Virus record (IMG/VR): IMGVR_UViG_3300021142_000002
Location: 1 to 64,000 of that record
Reading direction: 5' to 3' (one strand)
DNA: 64,000 nt
The notes under the pieces were generated by a model. It had not been told where the DNA came from, did no database searches, and saw only the letters and a list, made by a program, of their open reading frames with translations. A program made the position numbers and the translations under genes. Of the stretch, positions 30,207 through 41,252 are shown piece after piece (within the stretch, counting starts at the first letter, position 1; each line of letters opens with the position of its first letter).

Positions 30207-31052
30207 ATGTCAAACTCAGTTAAAACAAGAAACTTTACTAACTTAGATATTCTAAGAGCTTTAAACTTACCCTTTGCAGTAGATCAATACACTACATTAA
30301 ATGAAAAGTTTAATGTAGGCAATGTATCGCCTCCTTCATCTGGCTATCCAGTTATTCAGTATTTAGCAATTGGCCGCGGTGGACATCAAAATGTGGTAGG
30401 CTCTGGAAATAACACTTTAACACAACCTTTATTTCATGGTTGTACAGATTCTGCTTTATTTGAACAAATACCTTTTGTATTAGCACCTGTGGGCAATGAT
30501 CTTACTACATTACAAAGAGCTAATTATAGACTGAGAGTGCCTGTTACTATTGGTGGAAACGCATATTTTGCATATTACTTAAAAGTCATTAGCATTAGTG
30601 GCATTACACCCAGTTCAAACATTGTTACTTTATCTAATGGTATAGTAACTACCGATACTCCTTTTTCTACATCTATTGCCAATTTAAGTCCTAGTCCTGT
30701 TAATGTATCTAATACCACTATCAATATTTCAACAGGTCAGCACTTAGTAACACAAGCAGTATTGCCTATTACTTTAAACAGTACTGATATTACTAACATT
30801 AATAATGCAGTTAATATCATTTATGGTGATCCTCGCTATGCGACTATCTCTGAAGTAGGTATTGTTGGTGGTTTTGATATTAGTGTAACATCGAGTGCAG
30901 GTGGCTCTACTGTAACCTATACTGATATTCAAACAGCTCAGATTATGGCTTTTGTAAGTACTCAGTTAGAACTACAACAAAATCCATCCTCCATAACATT
31001 GCAGTATGCAATATCTAACTCAGCGCCTTACCCACCAGTCATTACTTCTTAA
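30207..31052 (+). CDS. Virion structural protein (phiKZ gp127-like)
   Basis: TTLNEKF, YLAIGRGGH, LFxQIPFVL...NDL...RxxYRLR and YxAYYLK motifs. Confidence 0.75.
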   Translation: MSNSVKTRNFTNLDILRALNLPFAVDQYTTLNEKFNVGNVSPPSSGYPVIQYLAIGRGGHQNVVGSGNNTLTQPLFHGCTDSALFEQIPFVLAPVGNDLTTLQRANYRLRVPVTIGGNAYFAYYLKVISISGITPSSNIVTLSNGIVTTDTPFSTSIANLSPSPVNVSNTTINISTGQHLVTQAVLPITLNSTDITNINNAVNIIYGDPRYATISEVGIVGGFDISVTSSAGGSTVTYTDIQTAQIMAFVSTQLELQQNPSSITLQYAISNSAPYPPVITS

Positions 31053-31054
31053 AG

Positions 31055-31603
31055 ATGAATACATATAGAGTGATGGGAATAGATCCTGGTTCTTCCCATT
31101 GCGGTATATGTATAATGGATATGGATATAAAAGGTCAGTGTAGAGTATGTCATATAGAGACTATTCATGCTGATCTTTTATTAAAGCATTATCAGGATGT
31201 TATTTATATTCATGGAGAAAGATTTGCTAAAGAATTAGCTATTGGTGATAAATTCAAATTAATAATTAATCTTTATAGACCTAACTTAGTTATCTCTGAA
31301 GCACCTTATTTTAATCCAGGCAGACCTCAAGTTTATTCCGTATTAGTAGAATTACTCACCATGTTTAGACACTTTGTATTTCAAGTTAGCAATACTTTGC
31401 AGTTTGAAACGATTGATCCTAGTTCAGTAAAAAAGTGCTTAAAGGTATCTGGAACATCAGGTGATAAAAACTTGATGTTAGAAGGTTTATTAAAACAACC
31501 AATATTATATGACGAACATGTAACTATTACTGCATTAGACGAACATAGCGTCGATGCAGTAGCTGTTGCGTACTATAAATGTGTTGAATTAAATAAGCTA
31601 TAA
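31055..31603 (+). CDS. ruvC: RuvC-like Holliday junction resolvase
   Basis: MGIDPGS, ISEAPY, PSSVKK and DEHSVDAVAVAY catalytic motifs. Confidence 0.85.
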   Translation: MNTYRVMGIDPGSSHCGICIMDMDIKGQCRVCHIETIHADLLLKHYQDVIYIHGERFAKELAIGDKFKLIINLYRPNLVISEAPYFNPGRPQVYSVLVELLTMFRHFVFQVSNTLQFETIDPSSVKKCLKVSGTSGDKNLMLEGLLKQPILYDEHVTITALDEHSVDAVAVAYYKCVELNKL

Positions 31604-31618
31604 GAGGAGTAGCCACAA

Positions 31619-31972
31619 ATGGGTTTATTTAAACATCTACTGGAAATAGATAGTTCAGATTTAGATTCATTTGTAGAAAGACTATTGCTCTACATTCAAC
31701 TCTATCTGGAATTAAATTCTAATGACAATGCTGCGGAAATAAACACAACTCATGAATTAGGTGGTTACGCAATATTAGGTATTGTATTTACATATGCTAT
31801 TAAAGTAATGCCAGTATTGGTTGTGGTTATATATAAAGGAATACGGTTTTATAAAGATTCTATTAGATTTATGCAGAGAAGAAAACGAAGACAAAATGTA
31901 GATGATGCTTTTGAACGTTTATCCAAAATGTCAAATGCGGATAGAAAGAAAAAAGAAGAAGAGAATAAATAA
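31619..31972 (+). CDS. Small membrane protein
   Basis: Hydrophobic segment (YAILGIVFTYAIKVMPVLVVVIY) and a highly charged C-terminus; GAGGAG RBS. Confidence 0.55.
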   Translation: MGLFKHLLEIDSSDLDSFVERLLLYIQLYLELNSNDNAAEINTTHELGGYAILGIVFTYAIKVMPVLVVVIYKGIRFYKDSIRFMQRRKRRQNVDDAFERLSKMSNADRKKKEEENK

Positions 31973-31973
31973 C

Positions 31974-32007
31974 AGATAGTGCATGGCCAATTGGCCATGC
32001 ACTATCT
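31974..32007. terminator. Perfect loop-less 34-bp palindrome between convergent genes
   Basis: AGATAGTGCATGGCCAA|TTGGCCATGCACTATCT then TATGTTC and a T-tract. Confidence 0.8.
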
Positions 32008-32025
32008 AATTATGTTCTTTTTTTT

Positions 32026-33546
32026 TTACATCAGTTCAACTGAGTACTTATACTCACAAGGTGACATAATAGGTTTACCTAAACGCCACACTTTATATCG
32101 GGTATAAGTTTGATCCAACATTTCGACACAGACTGCCGCAGGGGGTAACAAAGCAAAAGCCTGATCAAATAGATCATTGATAATTTCCTCATTAACACCA
32201 GGCTCTAAGCACTTTAATGCTTTGCTATTTTTAAGATACTTAAACAGATAAGGCATGAATATAACTTCAGTATACTTAGAAATCATAATAGCAGGGATTT
32301 CTTTATCAGAATAACTCCTGATAGTAATTGGTACTATACTGTCAACTAGTTTATCAATATAGTGTTCAATAATGGCAGACATATCTTCCAAAGCACCGAC
32401 ATTGCTTAAATACTGACAAACTGATACTGGATTACCGATGAAGGGTAAAAACTCAGCATCATTAATGCCATAGCGTTTATCCATGGTATTAATAATAAAG
32501 TCACTGATATTGTTTGCAAACCAAACAATTGTTTTGTAGGACTCAGGAACATTTTTAGAGACTTCTTTAAAGATAGCTGACATCTCAACTAAACTATCGG
32601 CTGAGATAACACTGTCTAATGCATTTTTAAATGCATCTTCTTCTTGCTCATCAAAACCTGGAATAATGGTTTCAGAAAAGTATCCAGTTAATGTTGGCAT
32701 AGTAATGTCACTTAACCCCACTAGATCATCGTTAAATGTCTTTTCATCACTCTTGTAAGAAAGAATATGATGTTCTTTTGCTTCGGGTGTTAAGAGCTTG
32801 TTCTTGATAGGAACAATATGCTCTTTCTTTGCAGCCAATGGATTATTTTGAGTAACTGTTCTTTCATTAAACTCAAAAGCATCCGGTGTTGGATTGGGTA
32901 TTGCAGTGCTGCTTACATGGTTTTCTCGTTGCATTGTTTCTCCTATTGCCGCTGCCAGCGGACTTTGACTAATTAAATTATCCCCATTTGCTAGACTATT
33001 TGCATAGGGGTTAATAGGCGCTGTATATACGCTAGATTGCAGTGGTGCATTGTTAACTGCATTAGTCTGCATATAAGGCTGCTGTTGCCCCGAATACTGA
33101 TACCCACTACCATAGGGTTGCTGAGCAGGATTCATCGCCTGTGGTTGAGTACGGAACGCTCTAGCGTATTCTAACACACCAGCATGGTAACTTTTGATCC
33201 AATTAGCTGAATTATCAAACTCAACTATTTGAATGCCATGTTTGAAAATCTCCTCATGCGCTATTCTCTCAATTGCTTTAATAATAATATCATTGGCTTG
33301 TTGAATATTCCACTGCGTACTATTAAAGAAGGTTAAAAGAAAGTCATCAACTAATCCTCTACCATCACTTAATATGATAGCTTCAATGGCTGGAAGATTA
33401 TTAATAACCGCATCTTTTACATGAGGTGGAATATCAGGTCTATGAGTAACAATCTTAGCTGCATTAGTTAAGACAGCCTTAGTATTGTTATAAACCATGT
33501 TATGGATATCAGCCCTATAAATATTAGGGATATCTATTACTGCCAT
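32026..33546 (-). CDS. Hypothetical protein downstream of the nvRNAP subunit
   Basis: 506-aa ORF with a Q/P-rich linker; same position as a conserved gene in phiKZ-like phages. Confidence 0.6.
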   Translation of the reverse strand: MAVIDIPNIYRADIHNMVYNNTKAVLTNAAKIVTHRPDIPPHVKDAVINNLPAIEAIILSDGRGLVDDFLLTFFNSTQWNIQQANDIIIKAIERIAHEEIFKHGIQIVEFDNSANWIKSYHAGVLEYARAFRTQPQAMNPAQQPYGSGYQYSGQQQPYMQTNAVNNAPLQSSVYTAPINPYANSLANGDNLISQSPLAAAIGETMQRENHVSSTAIPNPTPDAFEFNERTVTQNNPLAAKKEHIVPIKNKLLTPEAKEHHILSYKSDEKTFNDDLVGLSDITMPTLTGYFSETIIPGFDEQEEDAFKNALDSVISADSLVEMSAIFKEVSKNVPESYKTIVWFANNISDFIINTMDKRYGINDAEFLPFIGNPVSVCQYLSNVGALEDMSAIIEHYIDKLVDSIVPITIRSYSDKEIPAIMISKYTEVIFMPYLFKYLKNSKALKCLEPGVNEEIINDLFDQAFALLPPAAVCVEMLDQTYTRYKVWRLGKPIMSPCEYKYSVELM

Positions 33547-33547
33547 T

Positions 33548-35215
33548 TTAATCTTCTCCTTTTATTTTCAAATCTCTCAGTTCCTCTACCTCATCCAATT
33601 CATGTTCAATTAGATTAGAAATCTTATGTTTTCCTAGTAACTGTCTTATCGAGTTAATTTCCTCTTCTAATTCAGGTCTAGGTGTAATATAAGTTCTTTC
33701 ACCAAAGTTTACAAATGGATTCATCTTTTCCCTACCCAATGGATCTTTATTACCAATCCACTGATAAGTACCTACCTCTGCCTGTGATGCATGTAATAAT
33801 AATCCAGGATCATTAGTTACTTTCTTAGCCCGTTTATTACCACCGACTACAGTTGCTTTACCATGAGAAATGGTATTACAAGTTGCTGCAAACATTTTAC
33901 AATCGGTTGCAATACTAATAGGTGTTAACTCACCATGTCCCATGGTTGTAAAGATAGCATCTTTAGTTAGCTTTTTCATCATGATATTATTAATCTTTTC
34001 TACTGTCTGCAAATTCTCCGGTAGTTTTTGCAACATATACATTGCCATATGTATGTTATATACAACATGGTATAGTAAATGCTTGACAGTTGATAGCTCT
34101 TTATAATACATGCTACCGACATCATGATGGATAACTATATCTTGAAAGTTAACACAAATATAATGGAATAACTCAAAGATATCATTGCAATGTATGTTAT
34201 CACTGGCTAACACTCTACGAGTAATCGGATCCATATTAGACTTAGTAGACTGTAAATGGGTTTCCATTTTCTCATATTGCTTTCTTTCTGTACCACTGAT
34301 ACGATAGATAAATCTATCCAGTAGTATTAACCATAAATCAGGAATAGCTAAATCTTCAACTTCAGCTAAATTATCACTACAATTATCTATGATATAAAAG
34401 ATAGTCGCAATAATGCCATCGAGTAAAGGATAGTACTCTCCTTTATTAATAGCAATCCTAATTTCAGTGGGGGTATAATCGCCCTTATTTACAACAGGTG
34501 GAAGCTGCCTACTCCGATAGACCATCCACTCATTTAGATCTAATTGATCTAACTCTTGTTTACCTATCTTTGCATTGACTTTAAATAAGCGTCTAAGCAT
34601 TTCTGGCAAACCATATTCAGCCAACATATAGTGCACTAATGTTGGATTTAACTGAGCTCTCTCTTTTTCTTTCATACCATTCATGAGATAGCTGGTAACG
34701 CAACTTGAATTTATTACCCTATTGTTAAGATAACATGACACGTCCTTCTGATGAAAACCCATCCTAATTTTAGGCGTGGGCATATAAATACTATTTTTCT
34801 CAATGTTGAAAACTTTGCCTCCCACTACTGGTGTCAACAGATATTGGGTACCCTTTAAATAATAAATCCCGCCATCACTTATGAATGGTAAAAAACTGTA
34901 GTGGGGGCGAACTTCTGTACCTTTAAACTTGAATTGGTACTTCATCAGGTATACATCGGATCTTAATAGGTCAAAAGATCTCGTTGGTTTTAACTGCCGA
35001 GTAATTTCTCTAAATTGCTCAACAGGTGTGCATCTTTTACCACCAGTATAAATTAAACCTGGCGGGAAGGATTCAGATGCGCAACGAATAGTATCGTGTA
35101 TCCAAGCTTCTGCTTCTTCATTAACTTGATTAACGGCAATATTATTTATAATCTTTTTATTCATTCGAGGCTGTTGGGCATCAACTAGACCTAATAGATT
35201 TAAATCTATTGGCAT
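33548..35215 (-). CDS. Non-virion RNA polymerase beta subunit fragment (phiKZ gp123-like)
   Basis: SFPPGLxYxGxxRCTPxEQF, RSDVYLMKYxF, LPF...GGxxxLxGxxYxxxPV, LHASxAEVG and GRxKxNPF motifs; size and synteny. Confidence 0.8.
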   Translation of the reverse strand: MPIDLNLLGLVDAQQPRMNKKIINNIAVNQVNEEAEAWIHDTIRCASESFPPGLIYTGGKRCTPVEQFREITRQLKPTRSFDLLRSDVYLMKYQFKFKGTEVRPHYSFLPFISDGGIYYLKGTQYLLTPVVGGKVFNIEKNSIYMPTPKIRMGFHQKDVSCYLNNRVINSSCVTSYLMNGMKEKERAQLNPTLVHYMLAEYGLPEMLRRLFKVNAKIGKQELDQLDLNEWMVYRSRQLPPVVNKGDYTPTEIRIAINKGEYYPLLDGIIATIFYIIDNCSDNLAEVEDLAIPDLWLILLDRFIYRISGTERKQYEKMETHLQSTKSNMDPITRRVLASDNIHCNDIFELFHYICVNFQDIVIHHDVGSMYYKELSTVKHLLYHVVYNIHMAMYMLQKLPENLQTVEKINNIMMKKLTKDAIFTTMGHGELTPISIATDCKMFAATCNTISHGKATVVGGNKRAKKVTNDPGLLLHASQAEVGTYQWIGNKDPLGREKMNPFVNFGERTYITPRPELEEEINSIRQLLGKHKISNLIEHELDEVEELRDLKIKGED

Positions 35216-35267
35216 GTATATCTCCTAATTGTGGTTGGGATATACAATACAACTGCATTGTATATTT

Positions 35268-36614
35268 TTACCCAGCAGCCGCTGTCTTCATAATCTTAAA
35301 TACAGCGAATGCTGTGGTAATCGCTGTGACTACTACTTTCGCTAAATCGGTAAAAAATTGCATTCGTGACTTTGTCTTAGCTTTTTCTCTTTCTTCCTTA
35401 GCTGTTCTTTCTTCTGACTTCATTCTTTCTTGTTCATATTTTATCTTTTCTTTTGCAAACGCCTCCTCAACTCTAGCCTGTTCTCTTTTTCTTTCCAAAT
35501 CTTCTTTATCTGCCGCTAACTTTTCTCTTTCTATTTTATCTTTCTCTCGTGCCATTTCGGCTTTAAGCTTTAACATTTCTTCTTCATGCGCCCTTTTTAT
35601 TTTATCGAGTCTAGCTTCTTCTTCTTTATTCTTGGCATCTAAAATAGCTTGCGCTTCATCACGTCTTGCTTTTGCATTTTCTAAATCAATTTTTAGTTGA
35701 CTCAGTTCAAGCTGCTGAGCTGCAATATCTTTTTTAGTTCTTTCTATTTCAAGCTCATACTGTTTTAAACTATAAGCTTGTTGGTTATTTCCCTTCCTAA
35801 TCCAATCCACTGCTTCAGCATGAGTTCTAAAGCATGGAACTGGACCTTGATGATTCAATACCTGTTCTAAAGTAAAATTTATCATCATGTTAGAATCAAC
35901 ACCTTCCTCTTCTTTAGAAAAGCCTGCAAATTTTACACCAGGTGCTACTTTAACATTGGGTCGTTTTGGTTTAACTTCAGCGATTATGTTATTCCATACA
36001 GCATAAATTGGCTGATGCTGAATTTCTGGATTTTCGGGCATATACATTACTGCTGCCATAAAGTCTGTCTCCGGGTTAAATCTGTCATGATGATTAAGAT
36101 AGTTAGTCATGACAGCTTCTTTGTTAAAAGGGTGGTCGTATATGGTTTTTCCATTACAACCTAAAGTAATCATTACATCAGAGCGAGCTAAATAGACTCC
36201 TCTAGTTTTTTTCTTTAGCAATTTAAATGGAATTGTTTCAATCCATTCAATGCATCTATTTTGGTTTTCATTAGCAATAGCTGTTAGCTGCTCAGTTAAT
36301 GGATCATTTCCATTAATCGGTCTAACAAATATTTTAAAGTCTGGATTTCCTGAAACTCTTTTTCTGTGGACTACAATGAATTCTTTAGGTAAGTCTGGAT
36401 TACAAACTGGTGGTAATAAACTAACACTACCATCTCTAAAACTAATATAAATTTTAGACGGTGTATTGTTGATATATTCCAATGTAGAATGCATTATATT
36501 GCCATAACCTAATGCATTTAATTTAGTGATCATATCCCTATTATCTTTCTGAAATGTTCCTTCTACCACAGTCGCATCTATTGTTTCACGAAATCTACTT
36601 TTAGTTTTTTCCAT
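35268..36614 (-). CDS. Conserved hypothetical coiled-coil protein (phiKZ gp122-like position)
   Basis: YxNNT...RxG and GVYLxxSDV...HPF motifs; long charged coiled coil with a hydrophobic C-terminal tail. Confidence 0.6.
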   Translation of the reverse strand: MEKTKSRFRETIDATVVEGTFQKDNRDMITKLNALGYGNIMHSTLEYINNTPSKIYISFRDGSVSLLPPVCNPDLPKEFIVVHRKRVSGNPDFKIFVRPINGNDPLTEQLTAIANENQNRCIEWIETIPFKLLKKKTRGVYLARSDVMITLGCNGKTIYDHPFNKEAVMTNYLNHHDRFNPETDFMAAVMYMPENPEIQHQPIYAVWNNIIAEVKPKRPNVKVAPGVKFAGFSKEEEGVDSNMMINFTLEQVLNHQGPVPCFRTHAEAVDWIRKGNNQQAYSLKQYELEIERTKKDIAAQQLELSQLKIDLENAKARRDEAQAILDAKNKEEEARLDKIKRAHEEEMLKLKAEMAREKDKIEREKLAADKEDLERKREQARVEEAFAKEKIKYEQERMKSEERTAKEEREKAKTKSRMQFFTDLAKVVVTAITTAFAVFKIMKTAAAG

Positions 36615-36644
36615 TTTATATTCCTTTAAAGTGGCATATGTAAT

Positions 36645-36657
36645 TAGATAATGTATA
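36645..36657 (-). promoter_or_regulatory. Putative early promoter TATACATTATCTA
   Basis: Exact motif 31 nt upstream of ATG 36614. Confidence 0.65.
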
Positions 36658-36767
36658 TATTTAATTTTTTTAAGAATAAAAAAGAAGACATAGCTATAGT
36701 AGGATACCCAAGTTGTTTGCTTTAACTAAATCCTTGTGCGACACTAATGAAATATAGACTGTAAAAA

Positions 36768-36799
36768 TAGATACACAGAGCCTAGGCTCTGTGTATCTA
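36768..36799. terminator. Perfect loop-less 32-bp palindrome after the capsid gene
   Basis: TAGATACACAGAGCCT|AGGCTCTGTGTATCTA. Confidence 0.75.
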
Positions 36800-36839
36800 A
36801 CATGTTTTTACTTTTATTTAATTATTTTACTAAACAATC

Positions 36840-39185
36840 TTAGTAATGCATGATACCATTAGTTGGATTGTTTACTGGAGCTTGTGAGTTGTAAGAAGGT
36901 ACATTGTTGGTAGCTGTTAAACCAGCATTAGTAACTAATGTTGGGTACAGAGTATTCAAGTTCAATACGTCCAAACGACCTAAGATAGGCAGAGTAACAT
37001 AAGAATTACAACGTGGAACAGTATGGATTTCTTGTACTGTACGACCATTTCTGTTAATAGCCACATCATAGGTAATAGGTGGAGTAATTAACATTCTACC
37101 AAAATCTAATGGATGGATTTCTTCACCACCACCAGCTCTACGGAAAGAGATGTAGAGTTTAGACAATGAGTTAGTAGCATCATGAAAGAAATTGTTATTT
37201 GATTTAGTAATGAAATAACGACGACCATCACCGAATGTACGAGTATCGCCTGATTCCATGAAATGTGGAGCCAGTTTAGGATCAGTTGCTAAAATGATAT
37301 CAAATGCATCAATGTCACCTAGTGTCATTTCCAGAGCAGCTAAGTAATGAGATTGAGTCAACATTTGGTTTACCATGTTAGTAACCGTTGCAATCAATTG
37401 ACCTCTTAAGTTATCCAACGCATCTTTAGAGTTCATTGTAGTAACTGCCTGTGCAACATCTAATTGGTTATAGATGTAAGTAGGTGTTACAAACTCTGCA
37501 CCCATGAAAGGTGAATTGTAGTTCATTGTAGAAAGTGTAGTACCATTAATTTGTGATAATACAATTTCAGCATTTGCCAATGCTTGAACAGCACGACCAT
37601 TGTTTCTGATCTTAGCACCATAGCCTAAACCTTCCAGTGTAACATTGTTAGGTGCGCCAATTGGAGCTTGAGAAATAATAGGTGCTTGCAAGTTTACAGG
37701 GAAACGATACATGATCATTGTGTTAGAATCAATGATAGTACCATTTTGACGTAAGTTGCTGTTAGTACGACGAGCGAGGGGTTGATAGCCTAATGGCGTT
37801 ACAGTAAATGCACTGCCTGTTGCAGCTAATAATGGGTTAGATGCAGATAGAGCTGGAACATTAACGTCATAAACCAAAGTACCGGTTGGATCAAAGATTT
37901 GCGCAATACTTGCACCTGCCGCATCGACACGAACATTACCACGTTCAATGTTAGCACGAGCTGATAAGTTAACATTCAATACAATTTGGAAATTGCTAGA
38001 ACCAGAAATATTTAATGCTGCTAAAATATCAGTGACCATGTTAGTTGGACTAACAGTAAGCGCGCCTGAAGCAACTGGAGTCAATGCATAAGTGCTTAAG
38101 TTTTGGTCAAAGCTAAGAGCGGCTACCATGGTAGTTTGATACTCTTGACCTAAGCCTTGGTTCACTTGTGATAATACAGCGCCCAATTGACCAGAAATAT
38201 CAGTTGCAATAATAGCATTGGTTGTTCTAGTACCATTATTAAATGTTAACTGAGTATAAACAGTACCGATATTGATAATGTTATCCAGAGAGTCAGTTTC
38301 ATCCAATACGCCTGCTGCAAATAAAGAAGAGGCATATGAAAGAACTAATACGTCGGCTGAAGTACCAAACAAAATTGGTAAAGTATTAATAGAGTTGCCA
38401 TTAATGTTTCTTGACATAACTGGAACTTTAGTAGCAGGTACTAAAGCAGTTAAGTTAGTAGAAACATCAGAGTTAGGAACAATAGAAGTCGCTTCAGATT
38501 CCAAAATAGATGGATCTAACAATGCTTGGATCAAACTAGTTTTAGTCAATCTGTAAGCAGAAGGACTTGACAAGTTGTGCGCTGTAGTACTAAAGATTTT
38601 AGGAATAGTAATTTGTACATCCACACCGTTTTGACCGGCTGGTACAATTTGTTGTGGAAACCAAACTTCTTCAAAACTACCAGAGATTGCTGCTTGAGCA
38701 TTTGCAATAGCAGTTGCTGGCAGGTATTTTTGCACTGAAATAGGATCAAATGATTCTAAACCAATACCGGTTTGATCACCGTCTGCAGGCGATACAGTAA
38801 CACCTTTACCACCTTCCAATGGAACGATAGAACGATTAGCTTCAGTGTAAGCCCTAGCTGCTTCTTTAGAATAAAGAATAGAGTAAGCTGCTGATTCCAA
38901 TGCTGCATTTAAACGCATAGGATTCATATCTTTGTATTTAGCGCCACCTAACAGTTTGCATAATGAATCACAACCTTTTAATTCATTAACCAGCATGTCT
39001 TTTTTAGACATTGCCATGCCGTATTCAGAGTCATTTAAAGTTTCTAGTCCGATAAACTGATTAGCGGTCTCAGCATTAACGTAGTTACTTCCACCCTGTG
39101 CAATAACTGCTGCTACTTCATTTACTGCAGCAGTGTGTAATTCTCTCTCTGGAGAACCACCATTAGCCTGTATTCTTCTGATCAT
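36840..39185 (-). CDS. Major capsid protein (phiKZ gp120-like)
   Basis: FEExWFP, DETDSLD, GYxPxARRTNSNLRQxG, TDP...GDTRTFG and PRxxxxVxLPILG motifs. GLE/ALE maturation sites in the propeptide. Biased codon use; synteny with DnaB. Confidence 0.85.
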   Translation of the reverse strand: MIRRIQANGGSPERELHTAAVNEVAAVIAQGGSNYVNAETANQFIGLETLNDSEYGMAMSKKDMLVNELKGCDSLCKLLGGAKYKDMNPMRLNAALESAAYSILYSKEAARAYTEANRSIVPLEGGKGVTVSPADGDQTGIGLESFDPISVQKYLPATAIANAQAAISGSFEEVWFPQQIVPAGQNGVDVQITIPKIFSTTAHNLSSPSAYRLTKTSLIQALLDPSILESEATSIVPNSDVSTNLTALVPATKVPVMSRNINGNSINTLPILFGTSADVLVLSYASSLFAAGVLDETDSLDNIINIGTVYTQLTFNNGTRTTNAIIATDISGQLGAVLSQVNQGLGQEYQTTMVAALSFDQNLSTYALTPVASGALTVSPTNMVTDILAALNISGSSNFQIVLNVNLSARANIERGNVRVDAAGASIAQIFDPTGTLVYDVNVPALSASNPLLAATGSAFTVTPLGYQPLARRTNSNLRQNGTIIDSNTMIMYRFPVNLQAPIISQAPIGAPNNVTLEGLGYGAKIRNNGRAVQALANAEIVLSQINGTTLSTMNYNSPFMGAEFVTPTYIYNQLDVAQAVTTMNSKDALDNLRGQLIATVTNMVNQMLTQSHYLAALEMTLGDIDAFDIILATDPKLAPHFMESGDTRTFGDGRRYFITKSNNNFFHDATNSLSKLYISFRRAGGGEEIHPLDFGRMLITPPITYDVAINRNGRTVQEIHTVPRCNSYVTLPILGRLDVLNLNTLYPTLVTNAGLTATNNVPSYNSQAPVNNPTNGIMHY

Positions 39186-39197
39186 GTGTTTTTCCTT

Positions 39198-39638
39198 TTA
39201 TAAATAATTGAGATAACAGATTTCGAACTGTTTAGTTTGTTTTAAGTCTTCAAATAGCAGTACTGCCGACATAGCGTTGAGTATATTCAACATACTCTGT
39301 CTGAACATATTATCAGTATTATAGGATTCATTATATTCTTCCCACATGATAATAGTATTTTTGTTTGGACACACTGCATTTAATAAAGTGTTTCTATCTA
39401 CAACAGCATGTAATGGTTTTAAATAAGTATTATCAATAACATCGACTACTTTTTTAAAACCACATTCATATAAAAGCTTACCCTTTTCTTGTAGGTAATC
39501 GGTCATAGCAACAACAGATCTATAATCAGCTGCTGATAGTATCTCATACAATTTTTCAATCGTTAATGTTCTTATGCCAATACCAGCTTCATCGAGTATC
39601 TTTTTTTGTTGTAAATTTAAAAAGATAACTGAATTCAA
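39198..39638 (-). CDS. Protein upstream of the capsid gene (phiKZ gp119-like position)
   Basis: TTG start after AGGAG; synteny. Confidence 0.5.
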   Translation of the reverse strand: MNSVIFLNLQQKKILDEAGIGIRTLTIEKLYEILSAADYRSVVAMTDYLQEKGKLLYECGFKKVVDVIDNTYLKPLHAVVDRNTLLNAVCPNKNTIIMWEEYNESYNTDNMFRQSMLNILNAMSAVLLFEDLKQTKQFEICYLNYL

Positions 39639-39725
39639 TTATATATCTCCTGTAAGAGGTTGTAGTTACTAGTCATAATAATTACACTCAAACTATCTAA
39701 CATTCACTACCGGTAATATTAAACT

Positions 39726-41252
39726 ATGGAAAACTGTATATTACAATTAACTAAAATGATTACTGCACTGTATTATAATGATTTAGCTGAAGATAATAAT
39801 CCTCAGTTATTTGAAGAAATACAGAGTATGGTATCTGAGATAAAAATAGATACTAGAGCCAGCAGTGGCCTAGGTGGTGAAGAATTAGTAATAGAAGCTT
39901 TAAGATATACATTAGAGCGAATGCTGGCTAATAAAGAAGGTCATTATGATAGACAAGATTTAATAACCACTCTATCTATTAACTTACAAGGCAATAACGA
40001 ATATATCTTAATTGCTAAAAATGCATTAGAAGAAAATGTTACTAGCATTGATGCTAGAAAACGTGTGACTTCAATTATGCAAGAATTAAGATATGAGAAG
40101 AAAAAGAATAAACTAAGACAAGTCGTAACTAAGATGAATGCTAAAGTTAATTTTAGTGGTGAGTTTTTTGAACTCTCTCCTTTAGTTAACACTATCATGA
40201 TGGAATTACAAGAAATACAATTTAATAAAAGCAGTGAAGAGATTACAGGCTTTGTGGGTAGAGTTAATTTTACCGATGAAGAAAGTATTGAAGAAGCTTT
40301 AACTAAAGGTGTGGAATTAAATAGTGCAGAAGGATTATGGAATACAGGATTAAGAGGATTAAATGCGGCAGCAGGTGGTGGTCCTAGTAGAGGTGCATTA
40401 GTAAACTTTGGTGCATTAACTCACAATTATAAATCAGGTATATTAAATGATCTATTTCTTAATTTACCTGTATTTAATCAACCTTGGATGTGGGATAGTA
40501 CCAAAAAGCCATTAATTTTAAATATCTCCTTTGAGCAAACCATAGATCAAAACATTATTTTGCTCTATGAAAAGTTCTATGAAGTGAAGTATAATAAACC
40601 TTGTAATATAAAAGATATTAATTATGGGGATGCTAAAAAGGAATTAAAAGAGTATTTAGAACAAAATGGCTATACTGTTTTAATGGAGCATTATGAGCCG
40701 AGTAATTTTTGCATCTATGATTTATTTGATATACTTAATAGATACATAGATGAAGGTTATGAAATCCATGCAGTTATTTGTGATTACTTATCTCAGATTG
40801 CAAAAAATACAGCTGGAGATAAAGACGAAATGAAAATACAAAAGACTTTTGAGATGACAAGGAACTTTTGTTATCCAAGAGGAATAACCTTCTTTACAGG
40901 CCATCAGTTAAGCACAGAGGCGCAGCAATTATCCAGAGAGAATACTACTACCTTTACTAGAAAAGTGTGCACAGGTGGCTGGTATATGCATTGTAAGGCG
41001 CTGCATACTAAACTAGACTTAGAATTTGTAATGCACATTCATGAACATCAAGATGGTAATAAGTATTTGATGTTTAGTAAGGGTAAACATAGAATTGGCG
41101 GCAGTAAAGTACCTTTAAAGTATAATCATTTTATATATAAATTTGAACAAGTAGGTGGTATAGTACCTGATGTATTAGAGGAAAATAGTAGAGTGTTGTA
41201 TGAATTGCCACGAAGTATTAGTATGGATGATGTGGTAGAGAGCTGGGACTAG
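39726..41252 (+). CDS. DnaB-like replicative helicase (phiKZ gp118-like)
   Basis: TGLRGLNxxxGGxxRG, ALTHNYKS (phiKZ-type Walker A), ISFE, DYL, HQLSTEA and GKHR motifs. Confidence 0.85.
   Translation: MENCILQLTKMITALYYNDLAEDNNPQLFEEIQSMVSEIKIDTRASSGLGGEELVIEALRYTLERMLANKEGHYDRQDLITTLSINLQGNNEYILIAKNALEENVTSIDARKRVTSIMQELRYEKKKNKLRQVVTKMNAKVNFSGEFFELSPLVNTIMMELQEIQFNKSSEEITGFVGRVNFTDEESIEEALTKGVELNSAEGLWNTGLRGLNAAAGGGPSRGALVNFGALTHNYKSGILNDLFLNLPVFNQPWMWDSTKKPLILNISFEQTIDQNIILLYEKFYEVKYNKPCNIKDINYGDAKKELKEYLEQNGYTVLMEHYEPSNFCIYDLFDILNRYIDEGYEIHAVICDYLSQIAKNTAGDKDEMKIQKTFEMTRNFCYPRGITFFTGHQLSTEAQQLSRENTTTFTRKVCTGGWYMHCKALHTKLDLEFVMHIHEHQDGNKYLMFSKGKHRIGGSKVPLKYNHFIYKFEQVGGIVPDVLEENSRVLYELPRSISMDDVVESWD

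Noticed and set aside
35209-35700. Plus-strand 163-aa hydrophobic ORF
   Set aside because: Antisense shadow of the K/E-rich coiled-coil region of 35268-36614.
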